A DNA stretch of 64,000 nt from an uncultured Marinicella sp. Its GTDB lineage: Bacteria; Pseudomonadota; Gammaproteobacteria; Xanthomonadales; Marinicellaceae. Positions within the stretch are counted from its first letter, which is position 1. Each line of letters starts with the position of its first letter. A model generated the notes under the pieces. The model saw only the letters and a list, made by a program, of their open reading frames with translations, had not been told where the DNA came from and made no database searches. The stretch lies in the NCBI GenBank assembly GCA_947502925.1, contig CANNBS010000002.1:25079-89078 (forward strand), written 5' to 3'. This document shows, one piece after another, positions 18,122-29,099 of the stretch. Position numbers and translations under genes: made by a program.

Positions 18122-19432
18122 TAAACATATTAACAATAAAAATATTCAATCTGTCTTGTGGTCAGGTGATCATCAGGATATGGATGATGCCGTAATGCGA
18201 TATTTGGCCGGTGATGATATCTGCTTGGATCAAGCTTTATTTTTATATGACATAAAAGGGACGGGGGCTCATTTAGTGGGTCTGGCTGACATTGGAATAA
18301 TATCCGATGATGAATGTAAACAGTTTTTAGCTGCACTGGAGCAATTGAAAAATGCATTTTTGACTCATGAGTTTGTATTAGACCAACGGTTCGAAGATGG
18401 CCATTCAGCCATTGAGTTTTACTTAACGCAGGAATTAGGCGAGTTGGGCAAAAAAGCCCACACCGGGCGATCAAGAAATGATCAGGTCTTAACTTGTTTG
18501 CGGTTATTTATGAAGGATCAAATGGGTTTGTTAAAACATGAGGTGGCTGAGGTTATTGAGGCTTTGTTATCTCTTGCTGAAGTTCATGAACATACCTTGA
18601 TGCCGGGTTATACTCATTTACAAAGAGCCATGCCAAGTACTGTGGCAGTATGGTTACTAGGTTTTGCTGAAAGTTTACTGGATAATTTACAGCATTTAAA
18701 TCATATGATGGATTTAATTGATTCTTCTCCCTTGGGTACGGCGGCCGGATTTGGGGTGCCTTTACCCTTAGCGCGTCAAACCACCGCCTCAGAAATGGGG
18801 TTTTCTCGGGTACAAATTAATCCGGTTGTGCCCAAAATACACGGGGAAAATACGAATTGATGACTTTGCATAGCTTGTCTTACCTTATGTCAGATGTTCG
18901 AAGATTTTCTTGGGATTTAAGTTTATTTATGAGTAGTGAGTTTGACTTTATTAAACTGGCTTCTTCACACACCACAGGTTCTTCTATTATGCCTAATAAG
19001 AATAACCCGGATATCGTTGAGATGATGCGGGCAGGTTTGTCTGTGGTTGAAGGTGCAATCCAACAAACCCAGTCTTTACTCTCATTACCCAGTGGTTATC
19101 AAAGAGATTTACAGTTAAGTAAAGAACCGATATTAAAAGGCATGGAAATGACTCGTCAAACATTTGCCTTGCTACCGGGCTTGTTAACGGCAATGCATTT
19201 TAATCAAGATAAAATGACTGCAGCCATAACACCTGAAATGATGGCCACAGATCGTGCTTTAAAGAAAGTTCTGGAAGGCCAATCGTTTCGAAACGCTTAC
19301 TTAGACTCTAAACAAACGGTTCAATCTGATATGACGGCTGAACAATCCGTTGCTGAACGGGTTTCATTAGGCGGCGCAGCCAATTTAGGTCTTGATGTTC
19401 TTAAAAAACGTTTTGGGTCATTGATTGATTAA
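18114..19432 (+). pseudogene. argH: Argininosuccinate lyase split by a 1-nt frameshift near 18825-18830
   Basis: HTGRSRNDQ and MPGYTHLQRA in part 1; TTGSSIMPNKNNPD in part 2; the shifted frame gives AQNTRGKYELM, linking both halves. Confidence 0.88.
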
Positions 19433-19557
19433 CATCCGAATATATTTACATTACCATTATGATTATCATTATTAGGGACATGGTTTTAGCCTAAATTTAA
19501 ACTTGGAAATAAAAACAATGCGTGACAAAATAACATTATTTAAATGAGCTGAACATT

Positions 19558-21799
19558 TTGATTTACTTTACCGAGTTTCAATTAGATACCGATCAAAAAG
19601 AATTAAGGCAGGGTAATGAAACAGTTGATTTAACCAAGAAAACCTATGATTTGCTGTTGTATTTGGTTCAAAATCCACAACAGGTTCACAGCAAAGAGAC
19701 TTTAATTGAGCATGTTTGGCATGGTCGTACAGTCAGTGGAAACACCATTGACCAAACAATATCCAAACTACGTAATGTGCTTGGTCAGTATTCGTCACAG
19801 ACCTACATCGAATCAATATATGGCCAAGGGATTAAGTGGTTGCCAGAAGTTGGTTTAAACTCATCAAAGCATACATCTAATCATAAACTATTAATATATT
19901 TCTTTATTAGTTTTTGTGTACTTGGTGTGGTTGCCTATATATGGTTGCAAAAAAAAACCACACACAGTAGATCATCAGCAGCCATTATCGGTTTTATTTC
20001 AACTGAGTGAAGATGACGTTGATTGGGAAATAAAATCAGCCAGTCAGTTTTTAAGACAGTTATTAACTTATTCCGGTAATTCAATCGTGAAGAATATTGA
20101 TGACCGGCCAATGTTTGTATTGTCAGATGATTTTGTTGTCAATCAACAAAAACTGATACCTGATTTAACCATTATAAAAATTAAACCGTTATCAGAAGAA
20201 GGTAATATGACCTGGCTAATTGAAGTTTTACAGGCGGGTTCATTATTACTTGAAGCTCAAGTGACCGCTGACAGTTTTCAGTCGCTTTTAACCAAAAGTG
20301 CAGATATTTTAATAAAGCAATTAAATTTATCGATGTCTGCCGTGATTGGCTTATTGCCTGTTCAAGATTTTGTGATGGACTTATATGTTCGAGGTTTGCA
20401 AAGCCTAAAGGCCAATGACTTAAATAAAGCTAAGCAAAAATTTCAATTGGCTGTCAATGAACAATCTAACTTCTATCTAGGACGATTAAAGCTCGCTGAA
20501 ACACTCAATTTGTTAGGTCAAACTGAAGAGGCTTTATCTAATTTAGATACTTTATTGCAATTGAAAATACCTGATGGCATTTTAGTGGCGGCAACAACTT
20601 TGAAAATGCGTATTTTAAAAGTGAAAGGTGACTACATTAGTGCGGCAGAAATTTATCAACAATTGAATCAAGATGATATATTGGCGCCTGCTGATATTTG
20701 GTATAACGCGGCTCATGAGTATGCTGCCATCGTTCAATTTCTTAATAAACCTCAAGAAGCGTTAGCAATTTACGATCGGTTTATTGATGATGAATTGTTA
20801 ATAGAAGATGTGGCTTTATTGGCGAAAGTCAGGGCTTCAAAAGCCAGTTTATTACAGCAACAAGGTGATATTGAAGAGGCCGTGATTGAATCAGAACAAG
20901 CATTGCAGTTGTATGAATTAAATCAAGACCTTATTGGCGTTGCGAGAACTTATTCATTGCTGGCACGTATCGCCAATCAAAAAGCAAATTATCCTTTAGC
21001 AGAGCAGTATCTTCGACAAGCTCATAAAATTACTGAATCAGTGGGTCATAAGTTAGGTGAAGGCGCAGTTTTAAACGAATTAATTTATGCCTTAATGTTA
21101 CAAGGTAAACTCAAAGAAGGCTGGGAATTAACGAATCGTTTGTTGGCCATTGGTACTAAATTAGATTATTCAGCGATGTTAATGGCTGCGTATCAAGCTT
21201 ATTATGAAATGTCTCGGCTTCAGTCTAACTGGGAATCAGCCACACGATGGTTAGACAGTTATCAGCAGTTGGCTCATGATATCCAGGATCAACGACGAAC
21301 GGCCAAGGCTGAACTTTTCCGAGTTAATTTGTTGTTAGATCAGGACATTATTGACGGAGTGCCTAAAAAAATATCGATTGTTCAGAACCACATAGATCAT
21401 AGTGATGAACGGCTTATGCAACCTGCTTTGGATGTTTTTAAGGCCCGATATTTATGGCTAAAAGGGCAACAGAATCAAGCCTTGGAAACATTATTAAAAG
21501 CAAAACAAAAAGCAATTGAAGTGGCTGATTTTGAAACCATTATCAATGCAAATAATAATTTAGCTAAATTTTACTTACAGCAAGATAAATCACAACAAGC
21601 CTTGAATGTTTTATCTGAATCGGAGGCGTATAAACCGTTTGCAATACCATATTTATTCTTAAAAGCGAAAGCTCAATTTAGGCTAAATCAGCCAATCGAT
21701 GCGTTAAATTCGTTGCTGACATGTCAACAACAGGCGCCTGAGTTGTGGGGTGTTAAAGAGCAAAATCTCCTGCATGATGTTAAGAAAAGCATTAATTAA
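19558..21799 (+). pseudogene. CadC/ToxR-like wHTH + TM + TPR regulator split at an A9 run (19949-19957)
   Basis: N-terminal wHTH (LLLYLVQNPQQVHSKETLIEHVW..IDQTISKLR), one TM helix, then a long TPR-like region in the +1 frame; A8 would fuse the two ORFs. Confidence 0.78.
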
Positions 21800-21845
21800 A
21801 CAAGGGGATACCCATCTAGACGTTCTTTTTTGCCTTTCGCTTTAA

Positions 21846-22412
21846 TTAACGGTCAAATTGTCTGAGCATATCGTAATCAATCAGGATTTCTTGTTCGTGA
21901 ATGGTGAATTCGCCGGTTTGCATTTCTTTGACGTAGTGTTTTAGGGCGGTGATGTTAACCGGGAAGGCGAGGTTGTCCCAGGGGATGTCATCGGGTAGGA
22001 ATAATTTCGAATCTGAAGTTTCGGCGCCTGCGCCAAAGTCGGCTGAATCTAACTGAGCGCGGTAATAGATGTGCACCTGGCTGCGCTGGACAATACTATA
22101 AACGCCAAATAATTTGATATTTTTGACTTCGGCCAGAACTTCTTCTTTGACTTCACGGATGGCGCCATCGAGGCTTGATTCACCATTTTCCAAAAAGCCG
22201 GCGGGTACATTCCAGCAATTCTTTCGGGGTTCAATGGTGCGTTTGCCCAATAAAATCCGGCCTTCGTGTTCGATGATGCAGCCGGTGACAATTAAGGGAT
22301 TTTCGTACTGGACATAGAAACAGTTCTGGCAGACGGCGCGCAGTTTGTCATCGCCTTCGGGTTGTTGGTATTTAACCTGATGTCCGCATTGATTACAGTA
22401 TTTTATACTCAT
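21846..22412 (-). CDS. NUDIX hydrolase with N-terminal Zn ribbon
   Basis: YCNQCG..CQNC Zn ribbon; GFLENGESSLDGAIREVKEE Nudix box. Confidence 0.92.
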   Translation of the reverse strand: MSIKYCNQCGHQVKYQQPEGDDKLRAVCQNCFYVQYENPLIVTGCIIEHEGRILLGKRTIEPRKNCWNVPAGFLENGESSLDGAIREVKEEVLAEVKNIKLFGVYSIVQRSQVHIYYRAQLDSADFGAGAETSDSKLFLPDDIPWDNLAFPVNITALKHYVKEMQTGEFTIHEQEILIDYDMLRQFDR

Positions 22413-22427
22413 AAATATTTGACCTGT

Positions 22428-23351
22428 TTAATAATTATTGGGGTTCCAGTAGTGCATGGATTCGCAGATTCGAATGAACGATTGATAACGTTTTGCAGTT
22501 ATTTTACCATCAGCAACAGCCTGAATAACAGCACAATCCGGTTCGTGACTATGGCTGCAGTTACTGAATTTGCAGGTCCCCATAAAATCCTGAAACTCTC
22601 GAAAGCCCCGGGCGATTTCGATGGGCGTTAAGTGCCATAAACCATATTCCCAGACACCCGGAGAATCGATCAGGAAGGCCGCTTGAGATTTATCATAGTA
22701 AAGCTGAGTAACGCTGGTGGTATGAGCGCCTTTGCCGGTTTTTTTGGCTAAATCACCGGTTTTTAAGTCCAGGGCAGGGAACAGCAAATTACTTAAACTG
22801 GATTTACCGACGCCGGATTGACCCGCCAGTAGACTGGTTTTACCCTGCAGCGACTGTTGCAGTTCTTTGATGGTATCGATTTGTTGGGTGCTGGTCATAA
22901 AAACCGGATAACCCAATTGCCGATAATTGTGAGCGGTGTTGATAAAGTAGTCAGATTGTAAATCAATTTTATTGAATACTAAAATCGGTTGAATATGATT
23001 TAATTCAGCAGCCACCAGATAGCGGTTAATAATATCGCGTGTGGGCTCGGGAGAAACCGCCATAATAATCAATACCTGATCGACATTGGCTGCCAGATGT
23101 TGTCTGCGGCCATGACGGTCAGCCCGGCTAAACACCGTATCTCTGGGTAAAATTTGATCAATGCGGTAGTCATTTTGGTCTTTACTGAGGGCAACGTAGT
23201 CACCACAAATGGGTTTGAGCTTACGATTAAAAAAAACCTGGCGTTCACTGAAGTCAGACAGATCGATGACCGTGGCAGTTTTTTTCTGGGTGGCGATGAT
23301 TCTGAATTGTCGCTGCATGCAGTTTTGGCTCATTATGGGCTGATAATGCAT
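22428..23351 (-). CDS. rsgA: Small ribosomal subunit biogenesis GTPase RsgA
   Basis: NKID, GQSGVGKSS, HTT, DSPG and CKFSNCSHSHEPDC Zn finger; exact start uncertain. Confidence 0.93.
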   Translation of the reverse strand: MHYQPIMSQNCMQRQFRIIATQKKTATVIDLSDFSERQVFFNRKLKPICGDYVALSKDQNDYRIDQILPRDTVFSRADRHGRRQHLAANVDQVLIIMAVSPEPTRDIINRYLVAAELNHIQPILVFNKIDLQSDYFINTAHNYRQLGYPVFMTSTQQIDTIKELQQSLQGKTSLLAGQSGVGKSSLSNLLFPALDLKTGDLAKKTGKGAHTTSVTQLYYDKSQAAFLIDSPGVWEYGLWHLTPIEIARGFREFQDFMGTCKFSNCSHSHEPDCAVIQAVADGKITAKRYQSFIRICESMHYWNPNNY

Positions 23352-23407
23352 TATACAATAGTGCTCTATAAAGGTTAAAATGTCTGTTTTTGACTTGAGG
23401 ACGGATT

Positions 23408-23974
23408 GTGCGCTCTGAACACAACTTAATCTGGATTGATCTGGAAATGACGGGTCTTAACCCGATGAAAGACCATATCATCGAAATTGCCACCATTATC
23501 ACCAATGCTGATTTGGAAATTATCGCTGAGGGTCCTGATATTGCCATTAACCAGCCGGCAAAAATTCTCGAATCCATGGATGAGTGGAACACCGAGCACC
23601 ACAGTCAGTCAGGGTTATGGCAACGGGTATTGGATTCCGATATTTCTGTGCGTGAAGCCGAGCGTATTACCCTTGATTTTCTGAAAGAGCATGTCGCCAA
23701 ACACAGTTCACCCATGTGCGGTAACAGCATCTGTCAGGATCGCCGATTTTTAGCACGGTGGATGCCGGAACTGGAGAACTACTTTCATTATCGGCAGATT
23801 GATGTCAGTTCCATTAAAGAGGTGATTCGTCGCTGGAACCCTCAGTTACTCGATGGTTTTAGCAAAACAGCTCAGCATCTGGCAATGGCAGACACCGAAG
23901 AGTCGATTAAGGAGTTACGTTATTACCGCCAATTTATGGGTGAGGCAGGCGGCCATAAAAAAACCACCGACTGA
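23408..23974 (+). CDS. orn: Oligoribonuclease
   Basis: WIDLEMTGL, CGNSICQDRRFL, HYRQIDVSSIKE; divergent from rsgA as usual. Confidence 0.96.
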   Translation: MRSEHNLIWIDLEMTGLNPMKDHIIEIATIITNADLEIIAEGPDIAINQPAKILESMDEWNTEHHSQSGLWQRVLDSDISVREAERITLDFLKEHVAKHSSPMCGNSICQDRRFLARWMPELENYFHYRQIDVSSIKEVIRRWNPQLLDGFSKTAQHLAMADTEESIKELRYYRQFMGEAGGHKKTTD

Positions 23975-23986
23975 GCGGTGGTTTTT
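23957..23986. terminator. Bidirectional terminator between orn and pilH
   Basis: A7-CCACCG...CGGTGG-T5. Confidence 0.75.
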
Positions 23987-24007
23987 ATATTCAATAATAA
24001 AGCTTAA

Positions 24008-24373
24008 TTAAGCGGGCAAATGGTTATCCAGAACATCTTTTAACGCCTTTTCAGTGACCGGCTTCACCAGATATTCTTTGGCACCCTGACGCAATCCCCA
24101 AACGCGGTCTGTTTCCAGTTTTTTGGTGGTGACGATAATCACCGGGATATGGGCAGTGCGTTCATCTTTACTGATTTTTCGGGTGGCCTGAAAACCGTTT
24201 AAGTCGGGCATCACCACGTCCATCAGAATTAAATCCGGTAATTGTTCCCTGGCTATTTGTATACCTTCTTTGCCATCTTCTGTGAGAATGGTTTCATGAC
24301 CAAGCTTTTCAACAATCTTTTGCATGCCGTAAAGCTGAGAAGGAGAGTCATCGATAATTAGTATTCTTGCCAT
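24008..24373 (-). CDS. pilH: Single-domain response regulator, PilH-like
   Basis: ILIIDDS, LMDVVMPDLNGFQATRKIS, DRVWGLRQGAKEYLVKP. Confidence 0.85.
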   Translation of the reverse strand: MARILIIDDSPSQLYGMQKIVEKLGHETILTEDGKEGIQIAREQLPDLILMDVVMPDLNGFQATRKISKDERTAHIPVIIVTTKKLETDRVWGLRQGAKEYLVKPVTEKALKDVLDNHLPA

Positions 24374-24535
24374 GTTATTATTCTGTTTAAACCCAGCATT
24401 ATCATAATGAAAACAGGGCGTAATTGCAAAACATAGTTGCTTTACCCGGCTAAAAGGCTGTTTTTAAATGACCAACGGAAGCAGATGAGAAAAAAGGGTC
24501 AATAATTGTCACAAATTGACCCATTATCAGCCGAT

Positions 24536-25660
24536 TTATGGCGTCGTTAACTTGAGGATTGTTTGTGATTCTTCAGCTAATACTGTGACCTTATTACTCA
24601 CATAATCGCTAACACTGGCATCACCACTGAGACTCAATCGCGCAGATAAAATGACCTGCGCAAAGTCGCTAAGTCGTCGATTCGGTGTCAGGTTGTGCTG
24701 GTCTGTGAGTTCTATGGATATCGGCCAGTTAAAGGGCGGAGCCACATCAATGGCCGCCACAGGCATGGGTGGACCTGATTCACTTTTGGCAGAGACAAAG
24801 AGCCGGGTGGTGGCGGGGAATTGTTGTTTTTTAATGGCTTCATTGGCTTCAATGGTCACCTGATAAGACACTGATTCATTTGTTTCATTGGCTTGATTTT
24901 CAGAGGTACCGTCGGCCACTTGTGACTGCACTAAAGGTGGTTTGTTTTGCTGACCACGTGCCTGGTTTATTTGTTTGATGATGGTGGCTTTAACATTGTC
25001 ATCGTTGATTTTTTCTATCAGTGAGGTCCATAGGCTTTCTGCCTGGGCGAAGTTTTGTTGTTCATAAGCAATAATGCCTTTTAACCATAGGGCTTTCTGG
25101 TGATTGGGGTCGGCCTTTAAAGCCTGATCAATGTATTTTTGCGGCTCGCCCAAGAAACTGCCGGTGTTATTTTTAAACGCCACCGCTTCAGCCAGTTCAG
25201 TCAATATATTGGCATTATTAGGTGCCAGTTCATTGGCTTTCTTAAAAGTGGTGACCGCTGCATCATAATTCTGCAAACGCATCATGGCTCCACCGTACAG
25301 CATCTGACCTTCTAAGTCATTGGGGTTGTCCTTTAAAGACTGCTCTAATTGTGCAAGTGCCTCTTCAATGCTGGGTGGTTGCTGTGATTGTTGAGGCTGA
25401 GGCGGAAATAAAAAAGCATTAAGCAGCAATCCGGCAGGTATCAAAACCAGAAGTAACCACAAGGTGGTTTTACTGTTTTTTGTGGACTGTTGGTTTAATT
25501 CACTCAGGGCTTTGATGTAGGTATCCTTTTGCGGCGGATTTTGTTTTATTTTACTGATAAGCCAACGTTTTTGTGACTGTTTGTTTTGACGCCAGAGTAG
25601 CCAGCCAAAAAGCAAGCCGATTAACAGTGTAATCGCCGTGTATGTCAACCAAGGGGTCAT
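24536..25660 (-). CDS. ccmI: Cytochrome c biogenesis TPR protein CcmI/CycH-like
   Basis: Two TM segments, TPR region (L..NPND.EG), C-terminal GGCT-like domain; last gene of the ccm operon. Confidence 0.8.
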   Translation of the reverse strand: MTPWLTYTAITLLIGLLFGWLLWRQNKQSQKRWLISKIKQNPPQKDTYIKALSELNQQSTKNSKTTLWLLLVLIPAGLLLNAFLFPPQPQQSQQPPSIEEALAQLEQSLKDNPNDLEGQMLYGGAMMRLQNYDAAVTTFKKANELAPNNANILTELAEAVAFKNNTGSFLGEPQKYIDQALKADPNHQKALWLKGIIAYEQQNFAQAESLWTSLIEKINDDNVKATIIKQINQARGQQNKPPLVQSQVADGTSENQANETNESVSYQVTIEANEAIKKQQFPATTRLFVSAKSESGPPMPVAAIDVAPPFNWPISIELTDQHNLTPNRRLSDFAQVILSARLSLSGDASVSDYVSNKVTVLAEESQTILKLTTP

Positions 25661-26046
25661 GATTGTTTTTTCCTGATGTTATAAATAAGTATGCCGGCAC
25701 CGAGCAGTAGCACCACAAAGGGCGAAAACCAGAGGACAACTGTACTGGTGTTTAAGGGCGGGTTATACGTGACGAAATCGCCGTAACGTTGCACCATGTA
25801 GGCCAAAATGGTGTCCTTATCCTGACCATTCATCACAAACTCAGCGACCTGGTCTTTCAGGTCTTTGGCCAGATCAGCATCAGAATCGGCTAAATTTTGA
25901 TTTTGGCAAACCAAACAACGCAATTCTTCTGTTAATTCCTGGTAAAGTGCTCGTTGCTGCTCGTTTTTAAAGTCATAGACTTCAATGGCGTTGACTTGGC
26001 CACTGATGATGAATGAAATGATGATGAAGATAATTCGCATGGTCAT
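25657..26046 (-). CDS. ccmH: Cytochrome c biogenesis protein CcmH
   Basis: LRCLVCQNQ motif, RYGDFV. Confidence 0.94.
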   Translation of the reverse strand: MTMRIIFIIISFIISGQVNAIEVYDFKNEQQRALYQELTEELRCLVCQNQNLADSDADLAKDLKDQVAEFVMNGQDKDTILAYMVQRYGDFVTYNPPLNTSTVVLWFSPFVVLLLGAGILIYNIRKKQS

Positions 26047-26570
26047 TTTAATTGGGCTAATTTGGGTAAAATTTCATTCTGTACATTGTCGGGGGTTAAT
26101 TCGCCGACAATTTTATGGACGATAATGCCGTTGGCATCAATTAAAAAGCTCTCAGGCGCGCCGTAAACACCAAAGTCTATGGCCACATTGCCTTTGTAAT
26201 CAACCAAAATTGTATGGTACGGGTTACCCAGTCGATTGAGCCAGGCATCGGCGTTTTCAAATTCGTCTTTCCAGTTTAGTCCCACCACTTTAAGTTGTCC
26301 CGACTGGGCTAAATCCGTAACCACCGGATGTTCATACAGACAATTTGGGCACCAGCTGCCCCAGACATTCAGCAACCAGGGCTCACCCAGAAAATCTTCT
26401 TCACTCATGGTGCCTTCTTCATAAAGTTGAGGTAACTCAAAAGCCGGTACAGGTTTACCAATCAAGGGAGAGGGTACTGTTTCGTTATGAAAACCCATGT
26501 TTAAAAACAATAGGGTCACTAATCCCACAAATAGGGTTAAAGGAATAAGGGTGATAACAATTTTTTTCAT
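26043..26570 (-). CDS. ccmG: Thiol:disulfide interchange protein CcmG/DsbE
   Basis: WGSWCPNC, GVYGAPESF; start MKKIVITL at 26570. Confidence 0.93.
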   Translation of the reverse strand: MKKIVITLIPLTLFVGLVTLLFLNMGFHNETVPSPLIGKPVPAFELPQLYEEGTMSEEDFLGEPWLLNVWGSWCPNCLYEHPVVTDLAQSGQLKVVGLNWKDEFENADAWLNRLGNPYHTILVDYKGNVAIDFGVYGAPESFLIDANGIIVHKIVGELTPDNVQNEILPKLAQLK

Positions 26571-28510
26571 GATAAATTCAACTGTTGTGCCATAACCTGG
26601 TCGCGTTGTTTGTCTTCCTGGCGCTTGATCCGGGCACTGAATAATCCGATGATGGCACCCGTGAGCATTAAAATACCCCCAAACCACATCCAGCGGATCA
26701 GCGGTTTTATGTAAATACGTACCGCCCAGGCACCTTCTTTATTCACCGCTTCGCCCAGAGAAACATAAATATCTTTGGTCCAGCCGACATAAATGGCGGC
26801 TTCTGTCATGGGCATTTGTTGTTTTGGGTAGAAGCGTTTTTGAGGGTTCAGGGTGGTGATTAAGCGATCACCTCGACGCACTTCCACATGACCTTGTTGG
26901 GCTTGGTAGTTTTCCTGTTTAACACGATCGACACCCAGGAAAGTAAAATCATAACCGCCCACCTGTTTAGTGACACCCGGTGACATCAATATGTCCTGTT
27001 CGATGTCCTTATGTTCAGTCATCGACATGGCAAATAAAAACACAGCCACACCAATATGTGCAACACTCATGCCGATAAATCCGGCGGTGGCGCGGCCCGG
27101 TTGTTTTAGCCATTGGCCGATGGTGGCGGTCAAGACCCACAAACCACCATAAATGCCGGCAATGGCACGGATATTCAGTGGTTTAAATACAAACCAGACG
27201 ATTAAAGTCAGTAAGGTGGTGAGAATAAAATAGGGCAGCAGTTGTTTGACCGCGGCCATCATATCATCACGGTGCCATTTAAGCTGACTGCCTAAGGGCA
27301 ATAGCACCGCCATCGGAATCATCAGCACAAAAAACATGAGACCAAAGTAGGGTGCACCCACGGATATTTTTTTACCCACGGCTTCGAAAATCATCGGGAA
27401 TAAAGTACCCAGTAAAACTGTAAAAGTGGCGGTGATAAATATCAATGAATTAGCCAGCAACAGGGTTTCGCGTGAATTTAAGTTCAGCGTGTCGCGTGAT
27501 TTAAGTTGGTTTGCCCGAAATGTATACAGGGTTAATGCTCCACCTGAATAAATCGCCAGTAGCACTAAAATAAAAATACCACGAAAAGGATCAGCCGCAA
27601 AGGAATGTACCGAAGTGATACTGCCTGAACGAACTAAAAATGTACCCAGAATACATAAACTAAAGGCGATTATCGCCAATAACACTGTCCAGCCTCTGAA
27701 GGCATTTTTTCGTTCACTGACCGCTTGCACATGTATCAGGGCGGTTCCTGCAAGCCATGGTAGGAATGAAGCGTTTTCGACCGGATCCCAGAACCACCAG
27801 CCGCCCCAGCCGAGTTCGTAGTATGCCCACCAGGATCCCAAAATAATACCCATGGTGAGAAAAGCCCAGGCGATATTGGTCCAGCGACGTGACCAGCGAA
27901 TCCATTGTTCGTTAATTTCACCGCCAATTAAAGCCGCCACGGACAAGGCAAAAGCCACCGATAACCCCACATAGCCAAAATAGAGTAATGGCGGGTGCAT
28001 AATCATGCCAAAATCCTGTAACAAGGGATTTAGGTCACGCCCATCAGCCGGTACCGGATAGATGGTCTCAAAAGGATTGGATGCGAATAATACAAAAGCA
28101 ACAAAGCCCAAAGCAATAAAACCCAACACTGACAGTACCCGCGAAATCTGGCTTAGCGACAGCGACTGGCTGTATTTAGCCACCGCTGAAATCCATAAAG
28201 CCTGTACAGTGACCCACATCAAAATCGAGCCTTCATGCGCACCCCAGGCAGCGGTAATCCGATACCGGAGCGGTAATTCCAAAGATGAATTTTCAGCCAC
28301 ATAAAGAACCGAAAAATCCTGTTGGATAAAGAGCACCACCAACATCACAAAGGAAGCCATAACAGTCAAAAATAACACATGTGACAAAGGCCGTGCGGTT
28401 AGCATCAGTGTTTGATTGTTTCTGGCATAGCCAAGCATCGGCAACACGGTTAATGCGGTGGCCAACAGTAAGGATAGTACCAATAAAAATTGTCCAATTT
28501 CCGGTAACAT
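26567..28510 (-). CDS. ccmF: Heme lyase CcmF
   Basis: WGAHEGS, HPPLLY, WGGWWFWDPVENASF, SVHSFA; start MLPEIG at 28510. Confidence 0.96.
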   Translation of the reverse strand: MLPEIGQFLLVLSLLLATALTVLPMLGYARNNQTLMLTARPLSHVLFLTVMASFVMLVVLFIQQDFSVLYVAENSSLELPLRYRITAAWGAHEGSILMWVTVQALWISAVAKYSQSLSLSQISRVLSVLGFIALGFVAFVLFASNPFETIYPVPADGRDLNPLLQDFGMIMHPPLLYFGYVGLSVAFALSVAALIGGEINEQWIRWSRRWTNIAWAFLTMGIILGSWWAYYELGWGGWWFWDPVENASFLPWLAGTALIHVQAVSERKNAFRGWTVLLAIIAFSLCILGTFLVRSGSITSVHSFAADPFRGIFILVLLAIYSGGALTLYTFRANQLKSRDTLNLNSRETLLLANSLIFITATFTVLLGTLFPMIFEAVGKKISVGAPYFGLMFFVLMIPMAVLLPLGSQLKWHRDDMMAAVKQLLPYFILTTLLTLIVWFVFKPLNIRAIAGIYGGLWVLTATIGQWLKQPGRATAGFIGMSVAHIGVAVFLFAMSMTEHKDIEQDILMSPGVTKQVGGYDFTFLGVDRVKQENYQAQQGHVEVRRGDRLITTLNPQKRFYPKQQMPMTEAAIYVGWTKDIYVSLGEAVNKEGAWAVRIYIKPLIRWMWFGGILMLTGAIIGLFSARIKRQEDKQRDQVMAQQLNLS

Positions 28511-28511
28511 C

Positions 28512-28943
28512 TTATTGCTTATCCTCCGTTTGTAGTATGTCGCTGACTTCAGGCGGCATGTAATTTTCATCGTGTTTAGCCAGCACTTCTTCAGCCACAA
28601 ATAACTGGTCGTTTTGCATATAGCCTATGGCAACCACGCCCTGACCTTCGCGGAATAAATCGGGCAATATACCTTCATATTCAACCTGAACATCTGCATT
28701 ATAGTCGGTCACGGCAAACAGCACTTTTAAACTGTTTTCAAGTCGCTGTAAGCTGCCTTCTTTGACCATGCCGCCTAAGCGAAAACTGCGGTTTTCAGGG
28801 TAGTCATTCTGGCTGACTTCGGTGGGGCTTTTAAAAAACATAATATTGTCCTTAAAAGCGGTCAAAAATATGGCGGTGGCCACGGCCACACCAAAAATCA
28901 CCAAAGAAATTAAGATTAAGCGGCGTTTACGGGTGGGGGTCAT
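28512..28943 (-). CDS. ccmE: Heme chaperone CcmE
   Basis: LPDLFREGQG, LAKHDENYMPPEV. Confidence 0.96.
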   Translation of the reverse strand: MTPTRKRRLILISLVIFGVAVATAIFLTAFKDNIMFFKSPTEVSQNDYPENRSFRLGGMVKEGSLQRLENSLKVLFAVTDYNADVQVEYEGILPDLFREGQGVVAIGYMQNDQLFVAEEVLAKHDENYMPPEVSDILQTEDKQ

Positions 28944-29098
28944 GATTGCTGTCTCCGCTGTCGGGCTTTCACCTGACGTTCAAGCTGCTTTCTTTGGCGG
29001 TGAATACTAATAAAATCCACCGTCAGCATCAGCCCGAATAAGGCCATCGAGCTCCAGACAAAAAAATTATACTTGCCCATATCCAATAGTGTTAGCAT
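28940..29098 (-). CDS. ccmD: Heme exporter protein CcmD (52 aa, not in ORF track)
   Basis: Hand translation MLTLLDMGKYNFFVWSSMALFGLMLTVDFISIHRQRKQLERQVKARQRRQQS; TM plus basic tail; lies between ccmC and ccmE. Confidence 0.9.
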   Translation of the reverse strand: MLTLLDMGKYNFFVWSSMALFGLMLTVDFISIHRQRKQLERQVKARQRRQQS

Positions 29099-29099
29099 A

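Noticed and set aside
4886-21815. Short GGGAC/GGACATC/GGGATACCC motifs after stop codons at about 4895, 6027 and 21806 as island boundaries
   Set aside because: Too short and too dissimilar to call direct repeats or att sites.
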